Assembly: GCA_003598025.1 (NCBI GenBank)
Contig: QZKH01000002.1
Location: 334,501-398,500 of the forward strand
Reading direction: 5' to 3'
Length of the DNA stretch: 64,000 bases
From: Candidatus Omnitrophota bacterium
GTDB taxonomy: Bacteria > Omnitrophota > Gorgyraeia > Gygaellales > Profunditerraquicolaceae
The first letter of the stretch is position 1; each line of letters begins with the position of its first letter. Both the position numbers and the translations under genes were made by a program. Below, piece after piece: positions 1 through 9,715 of the stretch. The notes under the pieces were generated by a model. That model was not told the origin of the DNA. It saw nothing but the letters and a program-made list of their open reading frames with translations, and did not search any database.

Positions 1-1506
1 TTCGTGCTCAAGGATGCCGGGCAGATACCTGAGTTCAATGATGTAAATCAGGCAACAAAAGATAAGGTCTTAAGGTTTCTTAGTGATTTTGAACATTTTG
101 TAGAAGCCTCAAGGGAAGAGACAACGGGCAGGCTTCTTTATTTATTCTTAACCGATACGGGGTATCTAAAGAGCCTGACGTCTGATATGACTCCTGAAAA
201 AGAGTCTAAAATACAGAATATCGCTAAGTTTTTTAATATCGTAAGGAATTTTGAGCTTATTGCCCGTCATGATAGGGTGGGAAGTTTTGTGAAGCACCTG
301 AACCTTTTAATTGAAGCCGGGGATGACCCGTCTACAGTGGATATTGATTTCTATGATATCAACGCAGTAAATGTACTTACTATTCATAAGGCTAAAGGGC
401 TGGAGTTTGGAGTGGTTTTTCTGGTAGACCTAGCCCAGGGCAAATTTCCGTTACCAAGGAGAAAGCAGCCTATTGAACTGGATGACCATTTAATAAAAGA
501 GGTGTTGCCGACGGGTGATTTCCATATACAGGAAGAGCGCAGACTCTTTTATGTCGGTATGACCAGGGCCAAAGATAAACTCTATCTTACCAGCGCCGAT
601 GATTACGGCGGTAAAAGGGCGCGGAAAGTCAGCCAGTTTGTGATTGAGTCGGTAGGAGAGGTTGCGCCTGAAGCGCTTAAAGAGAAGTCAAGCGCCCTTG
701 AATTGATACAGCGTTTTGCTCCTGTACGTAATAAAGTCAAGCCTGTTGTCAATGAACAATCTGCGGCTAGAGTAATTAATTTAAGCTATTATCACATCGA
801 CGATTACCTTACCTGCCCGCTTAAATATAAATATGTCAACATTTTAAGAGTACCTATTATGGAGCACCATACAGTTATTTATGGCAGGGCGATGCATGAG
901 GCAGTCACCGGGTATTTTCAGGCAGTAATGAGCGGCAGAGGCATGGATAAAGATGAGCTGCTGAATATTTTCGAAAATAGTTTTGATCCTCAGGGATTCC
1001 TTGACCTTAAGCATCAGCTTGAAAGGAAGCGGCTCGGTAAAGAGGCGCTGTTGCGGTTTTATGACCAGCAGGCAAAGCAGCCATGCAAAGCAAAATTTAT
1101 CGAGAAAGAGTTTTCTTTTGTCCAAGGGCAAAACAGGATCACCGGCAGGTTTGACAGGATTGATGAAGAGGACGGAGGCGCTGTGGTGATTGATTTTAAA
1201 ACCTCCGACATAAAGACCCAAAAGGAGGCTGATAAACGCGTCAAGGAAAGTATGCAGCTTAAGCTTTACTCCCTGGCGTATAGAGAGATCTTCGGAGAAT
1301 TACCATTAAGGGTTGAATTACATTTCCTTGAATCTGGCTTGATCGGAAGAAAAGAGATAGATGAAGCAGACATAAAGGATGTGGAGGAAAACATAGATTC
1401 TGTTGCTGAAGGTATCCGCAATAATAAATTTGAAGCAACGCCTAATTATATGTCATGCACTTATTGCGCTTATAATGAAATTTGCCCATTCTCAATGGCA
1501 AAGTAA
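1..1506 (+). CDS. 3' fragment of a UvrD/PcrA-family helicase fused to a PD-(D/E)xK nuclease domain with Fe-S Cys cluster (AddB/Cas4-like)
   Basis: Translation shows UvrD C-terminal motifs 'VLTIHKAKGLEFGVVFL' and 'RLFYVGMTRAKDKLYL'. It then shows nuclease motifs 'GRFDRID..VIDFKTS..QLKLYSLAY' and a Cys cluster 'CPLKY...CTYCAYNEIC'. The ORF is open to position 1, so the gene starts upstream of the window. Confidence 0.75.
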   Translation, partial: FVLKDAGQIPEFNDVNQATKDKVLRFLSDFEHFVEASREETTGRLLYLFLTDTGYLKSLTSDMTPEKESKIQNIAKFFNIVRNFELIARHDRVGSFVKHLNLLIEAGDDPSTVDIDFYDINAVNVLTIHKAKGLEFGVVFLVDLAQGKFPLPRRKQPIELDDHLIKEVLPTGDFHIQEERRLFYVGMTRAKDKLYLTSADDYGGKRARKVSQFVIESVGEVAPEALKEKSSALELIQRFAPVRNKVKPVVNEQSAARVINLSYYHIDDYLTCPLKYKYVNILRVPIMEHHTVIYGRAMHEAVTGYFQAVMSGRGMDKDELLNIFENSFDPQGFLDLKHQLERKRLGKEALLRFYDQQAKQPCKAKFIEKEFSFVQGQNRITGRFDRIDEEDGGAVVIDFKTSDIKTQKEADKRVKESMQLKLYSLAYREIFGELPLRVELHFLESGLIGRKEIDEADIKDVEENIDSVAEGIRNNKFEATPNYMSCTYCAYNEICPFSMAK

Positions 1507-1646
1507 ATTAGTTCACAGTTCACAGAGCACCGTTCACAGTATTACTTTCAACTAGGGATAATTTACCAGTTGCCTACATTCCGTGAACCATGAACTGTGC
1601 GCATTCCGTGAGCCGTGAACAGTGAACCGTGAACTAATAATAATAT
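1507..1646. repeat. Imperfect 140-bp palindromic element built from GTTCAC (left arm, 3 copies) and GTGAAC (right arm, 5 copies) heptamer/octamer repeats
   Basis: Left arm is 'attagttcacagttcacagagcaccgttcacagt'. Right arm ends '...ccgtgaacagtgaaccgtgaactaat', whose reverse complement nearly matches the left arm. The ~40-bp spacer is 'tattactttcaactagggataatttaccagttgcctacatt'. Confidence 0.6.
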
Positions 1647-1676
1647 TTGACATCTAAATATTTATTTGTATATAAT
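1647..1676 (+). promoter_or_regulatory. Sigma70-type promoter (TTGACA-18-TATAAT) for speH
   Basis: TTGACA at 1647-1652 and TATAAT at 1671-1676. Confidence 0.55.
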
Positions 1677-1718
1677 ATTGCCATGCAAAATAGCCAATTA
1701 GTAAGGGAGAGTCTTGAG

Positions 1719-2123
1719 ATGCCTAAGGTCGCAACTATAGTAAATAAGGATACTGCTTTCGGATATCAGCTGCTTCTTGATCTTTACGGATGTAAAGAGG
1801 GAGCATGCGACGATCTGTCGTTATGCTATAGATTCCTTGATGAGATAGTCGATTATCTGGGAATGGAGAAGCAGGCCCCCCCGAATATTTTCTTCACCGA
1901 TGCAAAGCGTTTCCCTGATAAGGCAGGATTATCCGGATGGGCTCCCCTTGTCGAAAGCTCAATAGTAATACATACTTTAAGCCCTAAGAATTATATTTCG
2001 GTTGATATATATTGCTGTAAGGAGTTTGATAGAAAGAAAGCAAGGTCTTTTGTTCAGCAGTTTTTCTCGCCAAAACGTATTGATGAGCAATATCTCTTGC
2101 GAGGATTGGACTATTACAAGTAG
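1719..2123 (+). CDS. speH: S-adenosylmethionine decarboxylase proenzyme, small pyruvoyl-dependent SpeH type
   Basis: 'GYQLLLDLYGC' and the self-cleavage site context 'LVESSIVIHTLSP' (ES|S). 'VDIYCC' resembles the 'VDVFTCG' motif. The internal Met at 1719 is preceded by a 'gggagag' RBS. The track ORF start at 1647 is an N-terminal over-extension. Confidence 0.75.
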   Translation: MPKVATIVNKDTAFGYQLLLDLYGCKEGACDDLSLCYRFLDEIVDYLGMEKQAPPNIFFTDAKRFPDKAGLSGWAPLVESSIVIHTLSPKNYISVDIYCCKEFDRKKARSFVQQFFSPKRIDEQYLLRGLDYYK

Positions 2124-2165
2124 AACTCCCCTTTATCAATTTCCCATAGTAAATAACGGTTTAAA

Positions 2166-2438
2166 ATGAATAATAATATTACGTTGTTTGCGGATTATAT
2201 ATTTATGCAATTCTTGAGCCTAAGCCTTTATACCGTGCTGGTGGGGATTTGTTTTTGCGATGGTTTTAAATTAGATATAAGGAAGAAGCTTATCTGGTTC
2301 CTGGTTTTCTTGGCAATAAGCGCCTGGGTGCTGAAAGAAAAAGGGCAATACGATTTGGCTTTAATCCTGCCTGTCCCCACAGCATTAGCCATTACCCTTT
2401 GCTTTTATCAAAAGTTTAAGAAAGGCAAGCAAGTTTAG
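2166..2438 (+). CDS. Hypothetical small membrane protein (about 3 TM helices)
   Basis: Hydrophobic segments 'FLSLSLYTVLVGICF', 'LIWFLVFLAISAWVL' and 'LALILPVPTALAITLCF'. No recognisable family. Confidence 0.4.
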   Translation: MNNNITLFADYIFMQFLSLSLYTVLVGICFCDGFKLDIRKKLIWFLVFLAISAWVLKEKGQYDLALILPVPTALAITLCFYQKFKKGKQV

Positions 2439-2450
2439 GCCAGTTAGATA

Positions 2451-2479
2451 TTGACTTAGAGTGGAAATAATCGTATAAT
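2451..2479 (+). promoter_or_regulatory. Sigma70-type promoter (TTGACT-17-TATAAT) for rpsO-pnp
   Basis: TTGACT at 2451-2456 and TATAAT at 2474-2479. AAGGAGG RBS follows at 2491-2497. Confidence 0.6.
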
Positions 2480-2500
2480 AAACATCTCAAAAAGAAGGAG

Positions 2501-2779
2501 GTGAGACTGTTGGCACAAGTACAAGAAAAAAAGAAGAATATCATAGAGAGCTTTAAGGTCCATAGTCGTGATACAGGAAGCGTCGAAGTCCAGATTGCGC
2601 TTTTGACCGAAAGGATCAATTCTCTTACAGAGCATTTTAAAAATAATAAGAAAGACCACAATTCTCGCCGGGGTTTATTAAGCCTGGTTGGAAGGCGTAG
2701 AAGGTTCCTTGATTATTTGAAGAAGAGGGATTTTAAGAAATACGAAGAGCTTCTGGATAAGCTGGGCTTGAGAAAATAA
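2501..2779 (+). CDS. rpsO: 30S ribosomal protein S15
   Basis: '[51 protein letters not shown]' matches S15 throughout. The true start may be TTG at 2510, which gives 89 aa and better RBS spacing than GTG at 2501. Confidence 0.9.
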   Translation: MRLLAQVQEKKKNIIESFKVHSRDTGSVEVQIALLTERINSLTEHFKNNKKDHNSRRGLLSLVGRRRRFLDYLKKRDFKKYEELLDKLGLRK

Positions 2780-2829
2780 GGCCTGATGTCTTTATTTTAT
2801 TTCCCAAATATAAAAATTATGAGGTTATA

Positions 2830-4893
2830 ATGAAAATCATTTTTGGAAAAAATGAATTGATTCTAGAAAGCGGCCGGTTTGCCAGGCAGGCTAACGGTGC
2901 AGTTACGATTCAGTACGGCGGCACTGTAGTTTTGGTTACGGCTTGCATGTCTGCAGAGCCAAGAGAGGGTCTGGATTTTTTCCCTTTGACCGTTGAATAT
3001 CAGGAAAAAACTTATGCTGCAGGCAGGATACCAGGAGGATTTTTTAAGAGAGAGGGCAGGCCTTCAGAGAGCGAGATCCTGGTTGCCAGATTAATAGATA
3101 GGCCAATACGCCCGCTTTTCCCTAAAGGGCTTTTTAATGATGTGCAGGTGATGGCCATAGTCTTATCCAGCGATGGCGAAAACGATCCCGATGTTTTTGC
3201 CCTGACTGCCGCATCGGCGGCATTGTCGATATCAGACATACCATTTAACGGCCCGCTTGCAGCCTGCCGCGTCGGGTATATTAATGAGGAATTTATCCTG
3301 AACCCTACTTATTCTGAGCTGGAACAATCCAGCCTGGATGTTGTTATCGCGGCAAATTCCAAGGGTATTGTTATGCTTGAGGCAAAATCAAAGGAGGTCT
3401 CTGAAGATATATTCCAGAATGCAGTTAAGTTTGGTTTTGAAAGCATGCAGCCTATAATTGCCATGCAGCAGGATTTTGCCAAACAGCTCGGCAAGAAAAA
3501 AATAGATATTGAATTGAGAAAGGTGCCTGCTGAACTTAAAAGTAAAGTCAAGGAAATGGCTGAAAGCAAGCTTTGCGAAGTTTATAAGCTTGCCGGGAAA
3601 GAGCAGAGAGAAGATGCTGTCAGGCTGATAGCCAAAGACCTGGAGGCACAACTTGTTTCAGAGGATTACCTTGCGCTGGATATTAAGATGGCTTTATATG
3701 ACCTCGAGAAAGAAACAGTAAGAAACAAGATCTTAAGAGATAAAGTGCGTATTGACGGCAGAAAGTTTGCTGAAATAAGGCCGATTACCTGCGAAGTGGG
3801 CGTTTTACCGCGCACTCACGGTTCCAGCGTTTTTACCAGGGGCCAAACCCAGAGTTTGGCAGTCACTACTCTTGGTACAGGCGAAGACGAGCAGATGATT
3901 GAGGCGCTTGAAGGAGAAAAATTTAAATCGTTTATGCTCCACTATAGTTTTCCTCCTTTTAGCGTAGGAGAAACAGGCCCTGTACGCGGCCCCGGCAGAA
4001 GAGAGATCGGCCACGGAGCTTTAGCTGAGAGGGCCCTTTCAGCAGTTATTCCGTCTAAAGACAAGTTTCCATATACTATAAGGGTTGTTTCCGAGATACT
4101 TGAATCCAACGGTTCTTCAAGCATGGCTACTGTGTGCGCTGCTACATTATCGCTTATGGATGCCGGCGTACCGATAAAAGACCCCGTTTCCGGTATAGCA
4201 TTGGGTTTAATAAAGGATGGGGCACAAGCTGCAGTATTGACCGATATAGCAGGGCTGGAAGACCATTTTGGAGATATGGATTTTAAGGTGGCAGGTACCG
4301 GAAAAGGAATCACAGCGGTACAACTGGATTTAAAAATTGATGGAATTGATTTAGAATTATTAAGTAAGTGTTTATCCCAAGCCAAAGATGCCAGGATGGT
4401 TATTTTAGATAAGATAACACAAGCTATTGCCGGACCGAGGTCAGAGATTTCTTCATATGCTCCGCGCATTGATGTGTTAAAGGTCAAGACAGAAAAAATC
4501 GGTGAGCTTATCGGTCCTCAGGGCAAGACCATAAAGAAGATTATCGCCCAAACAGGAGCCGCGATAGACATACAGGATGACGGCACAGTTTTAGTGTCTT
4601 CTACTGAATCTGCCAAATCTAAGATGGCCATTGACATGATCAAGGCGATCACTGACGATGTGGAAGTGGGCAGGATCTATGAGGGGAAAGTAAAGCGCAT
4701 TATGCCTTTTGGCGCCTTTTGTGAGATAGCGCCGAATAAGGAAGGGTTGGTACATATATCAGAGTTATCAGATAGTTTTGTCAAAGATGTTGAGAGTGTT
4801 GTTAAAATCGGCGATGAAATAAAAGTCAAAGTAATAGGTATAGATGAATTAGGCAGGATCAACCTGAGTAAAAAGCAGGCAGAAGAGAAATAG
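2830..4893 (+). CDS. pnp: Polyribonucleotide nucleotidyltransferase (PNPase)
   Basis: Two RNase PH-like domains, then a KH domain ('GPQGKTIKKI') and an S1 domain ('GKVKRIMPFGAFCEI...GLVHISEL') over 687 aa. The classic rpsO-pnp linkage is present. Confidence 0.95.
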   Translation: MKIIFGKNELILESGRFARQANGAVTIQYGGTVVLVTACMSAEPREGLDFFPLTVEYQEKTYAAGRIPGGFFKREGRPSESEILVARLIDRPIRPLFPKGLFNDVQVMAIVLSSDGENDPDVFALTAASAALSISDIPFNGPLAACRVGYINEEFILNPTYSELEQSSLDVVIAANSKGIVMLEAKSKEVSEDIFQNAVKFGFESMQPIIAMQQDFAKQLGKKKIDIELRKVPAELKSKVKEMAESKLCEVYKLAGKEQREDAVRLIAKDLEAQLVSEDYLALDIKMALYDLEKETVRNKILRDKVRIDGRKFAEIRPITCEVGVLPRTHGSSVFTRGQTQSLAVTTLGTGEDEQMIEALEGEKFKSFMLHYSFPPFSVGETGPVRGPGRREIGHGALAERALSAVIPSKDKFPYTIRVVSEILESNGSSSMATVCAATLSLMDAGVPIKDPVSGIALGLIKDGAQAAVLTDIAGLEDHFGDMDFKVAGTGKGITAVQLDLKIDGIDLELLSKCLSQAKDARMVILDKITQAIAGPRSEISSYAPRIDVLKVKTEKIGELIGPQGKTIKKIIAQTGAAIDIQDDGTVLVSSTESAKSKMAIDMIKAITDDVEVGRIYEGKVKRIMPFGAFCEIAPNKEGLVHISELSDSFVKDVESVVKIGDEIKVKVIGIDELGRINLSKKQAEEK

Positions 4894-4899
4894 CAGAAG

Positions 4900-7119
4900 A
4901 TGAGAGAGCGCAGGCTAAATGAGATCAAGGCAGTAATACTGATCGCGCTTGGTTTAATTATCCTCGCGAGCCTGGTTTCTTTTACCCCGTATGACCTTAG
5001 TTTTTATACTTCTCACCCTAATGTTCCAGCCAAGAACCTAATAAGAGGATTCGGAGCTTATCTTGCAGGGGTATTATTGTTTTTATTCGGATGGGCAAGC
5101 TATGCCATTCCGGCAATAACTTTATTGCTCGGGGTAAAGCTCTTCCGTCAGGATATCCCTGATCTTAGGATGCCGAAGATACTGGGTATGATTGTGTTAT
5201 TGCTATCCATCAGTTCTCTGATTGGGCTATTTGTCGCTAAGAACGTTGTTTATGCGTTTTCAAGAGGAGGATTTATTGGATACGGCATCTCAAGTTTTGT
5301 CGGTACATACCTGGGTAAACTTGGGGCTTCAATTGCTTTTACAACGCTTATCATTCTGTCGCTGGTGTTGGTGACGGATATACTGCCTTCGTCAATAATT
5401 TCCACGTTATCAAAAGGTTTTACTTCCCTTTTTTCTTCGTTCTATTCCAGATTTAATGCTGCAAAAAAAGACAAGTCAATCAAGATTAAGCCTGCGGCAA
5501 ATATCAGAGATAATGTCGGTCTGACCAGTAACCTCAAGGTAAGGCCCCAGCCCAGCCTTTTACAGGAGACAAAGAAGGACTCTATCCAGCAAAAGACAGA
5601 AGAAGCATTCGTAAAGCCTAATATTAAAATAAAAACCCCGGTTAAATCCCAGGGGCAATCTGAAATAAAACCTAAGCCCCAGGAGTTAAAGATAGGTGAT
5701 TACCATCTTCCGGAACTAGATCTGCTTGAGTCTCCTCCGCCGTTTGAGGCAAGGCAGATCAAAGAAGATTTGGCGAATAATGCGCAAGTCCTGGAGGAAA
5801 CACTGGATGATTTTGGTATTACGGTTAAAGTCACGGATATTGAGCGCGGCCCAGTTATTACCAGATATGAGCTTGAACCTGCCCCGGGCGTAAAACTGAA
5901 CCGTATTGTTGCATTAGGGGATGATATAGCTTTAGCTATGAAAGCCCAGTCAGTAAGGATAATAGCTCCTATCCCCGGTAAGGCAAGGGTGGGCGTAGAG
6001 GTGCCTAACAGCAAGAGCAGCCTGGTTTATTTAAAAGAGGTGCTTTCTTCTTCTGAATTTGTTAATGCCAAGTCAAAACTGACATTAGCATTGGGTAAGG
6101 ATATAACCGGTCAATCAGTCTTTGCGGAACTTGATGATATGCCGCATTTATTAATCGCCGGTACTACCGGTTCCGGAAAAACCGTTTGTGTCAACTCGCT
6201 TATACTCTCATTGCTTTTTAAATCCTCACCGGTGGAATTAAAATTCCTTATGATAGATCCCAAAATGGTAGAACTTGCTCCCTTTAATGGTATCCCGCAT
6301 TTGTTGTGTCCGGTTGTCACGGAATCAAAGAAAGCGCATTTGGCGCTTGATTGGGTTGTAAATGAAATGGAAGAGCGGTATAAGCTTTTAGCTAAAGTCG
6401 GAGCCAGGAATATCGAGGCCTATAATCAAAAAGAAGAAAGGATCCCTTATATAGTAGTAATAATCGACGAGTTTGCTGATTTAATGTCTGTTTCAAGGGA
6501 TAAAGTAGAGAATGCAGTAACAAGGCTAGCCCAGCTTTCGCGCGCCGTGGGCATACATTTGATCCTGGCGACGCAGAGGCCCTCAGTAGATGTGATTACC
6601 GGGGTGATTAAAGCCAACTTACCGGCGAGAATATCTTTTAAAGTGGCGTCAAAAGTTGACTCACGCACAGTCCTGGATATGAACGGCGCAGACAAACTCC
6701 TGGGCAAGGGTGACATGCTTTTCTTAAGGCCCGGAGAGTCAAAATTGATACGTGTCCAGGGTACCCTGGTAAATGACAAGGAGATTGAAAAAGTCGTAGA
6801 TTTTATTAAAGAGCAGGGCCAGCCGGTATATGATGATGAAATATTAAGAGAAAAACAGAGGACAGGCATGGTTAACGGCGATAAAGACGAGCTTTATGAT
6901 GAAGCGGTAAGGATAATCATGGAGAGTAATCAGGCTTCTGTTTCGATACTTCAGAGAAGATTGCGTTTAGGCTATACGCGGGCAGCAAGGATAATCGACA
7001 TAATGGAGCAAGATGGGCTCGTAGGCCCTTATGAAGGAAGCAAGCCCAGGAAGATCCTCGTTGACAGGAATTCCTGGCTGGAAAAATATTTAACCGTTCA
7101 GGAGAATGACCAGCAATGA
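4900..7119 (+). CDS. ftsK: DNA translocase FtsK/SpoIIIE
   Basis: N-terminal TM helices, then Walker A 'GTTGSGKTVCVNS' and DEAD-like 'VVIIDEFADLM'. The C-terminal gamma domain is 'ASVSILQRRLRLGYTRAARIIDIMEQDGLV'. Confidence 0.92.
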   Translation: MRERRLNEIKAVILIALGLIILASLVSFTPYDLSFYTSHPNVPAKNLIRGFGAYLAGVLLFLFGWASYAIPAITLLLGVKLFRQDIPDLRMPKILGMIVLLLSISSLIGLFVAKNVVYAFSRGGFIGYGISSFVGTYLGKLGASIAFTTLIILSLVLVTDILPSSIISTLSKGFTSLFSSFYSRFNAAKKDKSIKIKPAANIRDNVGLTSNLKVRPQPSLLQETKKDSIQQKTEEAFVKPNIKIKTPVKSQGQSEIKPKPQELKIGDYHLPELDLLESPPPFEARQIKEDLANNAQVLEETLDDFGITVKVTDIERGPVITRYELEPAPGVKLNRIVALGDDIALAMKAQSVRIIAPIPGKARVGVEVPNSKSSLVYLKEVLSSSEFVNAKSKLTLALGKDITGQSVFAELDDMPHLLIAGTTGSGKTVCVNSLILSLLFKSSPVELKFLMIDPKMVELAPFNGIPHLLCPVVTESKKAHLALDWVVNEMEERYKLLAKVGARNIEAYNQKEERIPYIVVIIDEFADLMSVSRDKVENAVTRLAQLSRAVGIHLILATQRPSVDVITGVIKANLPARISFKVASKVDSRTVLDMNGADKLLGKGDMLFLRPGESKLIRVQGTLVNDKEIEKVVDFIKEQGQPVYDDEILREKQRTGMVNGDKDELYDEAVRIIMESNQASVSILQRRLRLGYTRAARIIDIMEQDGLVGPYEGSKPRKILVDRNSWLEKYLTVQENDQQ

Positions 7120-7892
7120 TGGAATCTTCGGGAGAAAGACTTAAAAAGATCCGTTTGAGTAAAGGCCTGAGCCTTGAAGAGGCTTATAAAAAGACGAAAA
7201 TACATTTAAATGTATTAAAGGCGATAGAGGATGATAATATCATCAATATAAACCCTATTTATTTAAAGGGTTTTCTTAAGATCTATTGCCGGTTTTTAGG
7301 CGTAGACCCTAAAGATTTTGTCCCCGAATACAAAGACCCGCATACTTTGAAACTGGCTGCTTTAGAAACGCAGGGAAATAATAAATTGTCATTTATGAAA
7401 TCTGCTGCCGGTAAGCTGGGTTATCTCGGGAGCGATAACTTTAGGAAAATAAGGAAAGTGCTGGTCATAGGATTAGCCATTTTAGTAATCCTATTTGTGT
7501 TGTTTAATCTCGGTAAATTTATTAAGCACAGGCTCTCTATTCTATTCTCGAAAAAGAGCTCTATTTCTTCTGTAAGCAAGGTAAATAAGGATACGGCCAA
7601 TAAGCAGGTTCAGAAGAATGCAGGAGTTTCTTTAAATGTTATGCTTACAATAGTTGCAAAGGAAGACTGTTGGATAAATTTGAAAGTAGACGGCCGCACA
7701 GTTTTCCAGAGCGTGCTTAAGAAAGGCCGCTCGGAGACCTGGGAAGCCAAAGATAAGATGGAATTGACCATTGGCAATGCAGGAATAGTATCCTTGGAAG
7801 TCAATGGGCAATCTATCCCGCCTTTAGGCAGAAAAGGCCAGGTAATAAAGAACATCCTGATTACCAAAGAGGGCATTGTTACCAGAAGATGA
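7116..7892 (+). CDS. rodZ: RodZ-like cytoskeleton protein (N-terminal XRE-type HTH, single TM, C-terminal DUF4115-like domain)
   Basis: HTH 'GERLKKIRLSKGLSLEEAYKKTKIHLNVLKAIE', TM segment 'VLVIGLAILVILFVLF' and C-terminal 'CWINLKVDGRTVFQSVLKKGRSETWEAKDKMELTIGNAGIVSLEVNG'. Confidence 0.7.
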   Translation: MMESSGERLKKIRLSKGLSLEEAYKKTKIHLNVLKAIEDDNIININPIYLKGFLKIYCRFLGVDPKDFVPEYKDPHTLKLAALETQGNNKLSFMKSAAGKLGYLGSDNFRKIRKVLVIGLAILVILFVLFNLGKFIKHRLSILFSKKSSISSVSKVNKDTANKQVQKNAGVSLNVMLTIVAKEDCWINLKVDGRTVFQSVLKKGRSETWEAKDKMELTIGNAGIVSLEVNGQSIPPLGRKGQVIKNILITKEGIVTRR

Positions 7893-9136
7893 AAGGCAGC
7901 GTCGGTATATTAAGCCTGGGTTGCCCGAGAAATCTTGTCGATTCTGAAAACCTGCTTAGCCGCCTTAACCTTAAAGGTTATAAGATAGTTGATATGGAAA
8001 AGGCGGAAATCGGCATAGTCAATACCTGCGCTTTTATAAAGGACGCAAAGGTCGAGTCTATAGACGCGATACTGGATTTAAGCGAGCTTAAGAAAAGCGG
8101 CAGCCTGAAGAAGATCATAGTCTGCGGATGCCTTGTCCAGAGATACAAAGATGAGATAATAAAGGAATTCCCTGAAGTGGATGTATTTATAGGGAGGATG
8201 CCTTTAGGTCAGAATAAGGATAGATATAGTCTTACACCCAGGCATTACGCTTATTTAAAAATCTGTGAAGGGTGCCTTAATAAATGTAGTTTTTGCGTTA
8301 TTCCCCGGATCAAAGGCAGGTTTACGAGCAGAAGTATAGAAAGCCTGGTTAGTGAAGCTGCCGATTTAGATAAAAAAGGCGTTAAAGAGCTCAACATTAT
8401 TGGTCAGGATATCAGCGGTTATGGGATAGATTTGTACGGCAAGCATGTTTTACCGAAATTGCTGAAGGAGATATTGACAAAGACACACAGGATCGATTGG
8501 ATAAGGTTGTTATATCTTTATCCCAGCAGGTTGACTGATGAACTGCTGAGATTAGTTAGGGACCAGGAGCGTATCTGTAAATACATAGACTTGCCGCTGC
8601 AGCATATAAATGACAGGATCCTCAGACTTATGAACAGGGGTATGACTAAAAAGGGGATACTTGAGTTAATAGAAAAAATAAGGAAGCTGGTGCCAGAGGC
8701 GGCGATAAGGACCTCTTTTATAGTCGGGTTTCCTTCGGAGTCAGAAGAAGAATTCCGCGAGCTTATGGATTTTGTCGAAGAAGCTGAGTTTGAAAGATTA
8801 GGAGCCTTTATTTATTCGAGAGAGGAAGGTTCCCCTGCGTACGGGTATCACGGGCAGAAAACCGAGACAGTCAAGAAAGAGAGGTTTAATGCCTTAATGA
8901 TGAAACAGCAGGAGATCTCCGGGAAAATCAATTCAAGGCTATTAGGTAAAGAGATGGATGTAATAATAGATGAGAAAGACAAACAGGGATATTCTGGGCG
9001 TACTCAATTTGATGCCCCTGAGGTAGATGGCATGGTTTATGTGCATTCCGGAACAAAATTAGAACAGGGAGATATAATAAAAGTAAGAATTACTGACACT
9101 TTGGAATACGATCTAGTAGGAGAGGCGATTAAATGA
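7889..9136 (+). CDS. rimO: Ribosomal protein S12 methylthiotransferase RimO (MiaB-family radical SAM, C-terminal TRAM domain)
   Basis: MTTase N-domain Cys residues ('LGCPRN', 'NTCAF'), the radical SAM motif 'CEGCLNKCSFCVIP' and a TRAM-like C-terminus. Length is about 415 aa. Confidence 0.85.
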   Translation: MKGSVGILSLGCPRNLVDSENLLSRLNLKGYKIVDMEKAEIGIVNTCAFIKDAKVESIDAILDLSELKKSGSLKKIIVCGCLVQRYKDEIIKEFPEVDVFIGRMPLGQNKDRYSLTPRHYAYLKICEGCLNKCSFCVIPRIKGRFTSRSIESLVSEAADLDKKGVKELNIIGQDISGYGIDLYGKHVLPKLLKEILTKTHRIDWIRLLYLYPSRLTDELLRLVRDQERICKYIDLPLQHINDRILRLMNRGMTKKGILELIEKIRKLVPEAAIRTSFIVGFPSESEEEFRELMDFVEEAEFERLGAFIYSREEGSPAYGYHGQKTETVKKERFNALMMKQQEISGKINSRLLGKEMDVIIDEKDKQGYSGRTQFDAPEVDGMVYVHSGTKLEQGDIIKVRITDTLEYDLVGEAIK

Positions 9137-9711
9137 ATATTGCAAACAGGCTGACGATATTAAGGATAGTATTGACGTTTGTTTTTATGTTTTTTCTTTT
9201 TGTAAACGGCCTTTGGGCCAAAGTATTAAGTTTCGTTATCTTTATATTCGCTGCTTTATCTGATTTCCTCGACGGCAGGATAGCCCAAAGAAGGAATATG
9301 GTCACAGATTTCGGCAAGCTGATGGATCCCATAGCCGATAAGATCCTTGTCTTGGCGGCATTTGCCGCTTTCGTCCAGATGCAGCTGATAGAAGCCTGGA
9401 TGTTTGTTTTAATTATCTTCAGAGAGATACTTATAACTTCATTAAGGCTGTTTGCGCTTAACAAGGGCAAGGTCTTGTCAGCTACTAAAGTCGGTAAACA
9501 TAAGACAGCCTCGCAGATGATAGTTATTTTTACTATCCTTGTTTTTATAGTAGCCAAAGAAATAATGCTGGCATTCTTTACCTGGAATCCTGCCTGGGAG
9601 AACCTGTTCCATAAGGGTATTTATTTCTTGATGTTAGCAACTATTATTCTTACTTTATATTCCGGCCTGTCATATTTATGGGATAACCGTAAGATCATAA
9701 GTAAGATATAA
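9133..9711 (+). CDS. pgsA: CDP-diacylglycerol--glycerol-3-phosphate 3-phosphatidyltransferase
   Basis: CDP-alcohol phosphotransferase motif 'DFLDGRIAQRRNMVTDFGKLMDPIADK' in a polytopic membrane protein. Confidence 0.88.
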   Translation: MNIANRLTILRIVLTFVFMFFLFVNGLWAKVLSFVIFIFAALSDFLDGRIAQRRNMVTDFGKLMDPIADKILVLAAFAAFVQMQLIEAWMFVLIIFREILITSLRLFALNKGKVLSATKVGKHKTASQMIVIFTILVFIVAKEIMLAFFTWNPAWENLFHKGIYFLMLATIILTLYSGLSYLWDNRKIISKI

Positions 9712-9715
9712 ATAT

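Noticed and set aside
1507-1646. Possibility that the repeat block is a CRISPR array
   Set aside because: Repeat units are only 6-8 nt, the spacers are 1-8 nt, and the two halves are inverted relative to each other. This is not a CRISPR architecture, and no cas genes are adjacent (the Cas4-like domain is part of a helicase).
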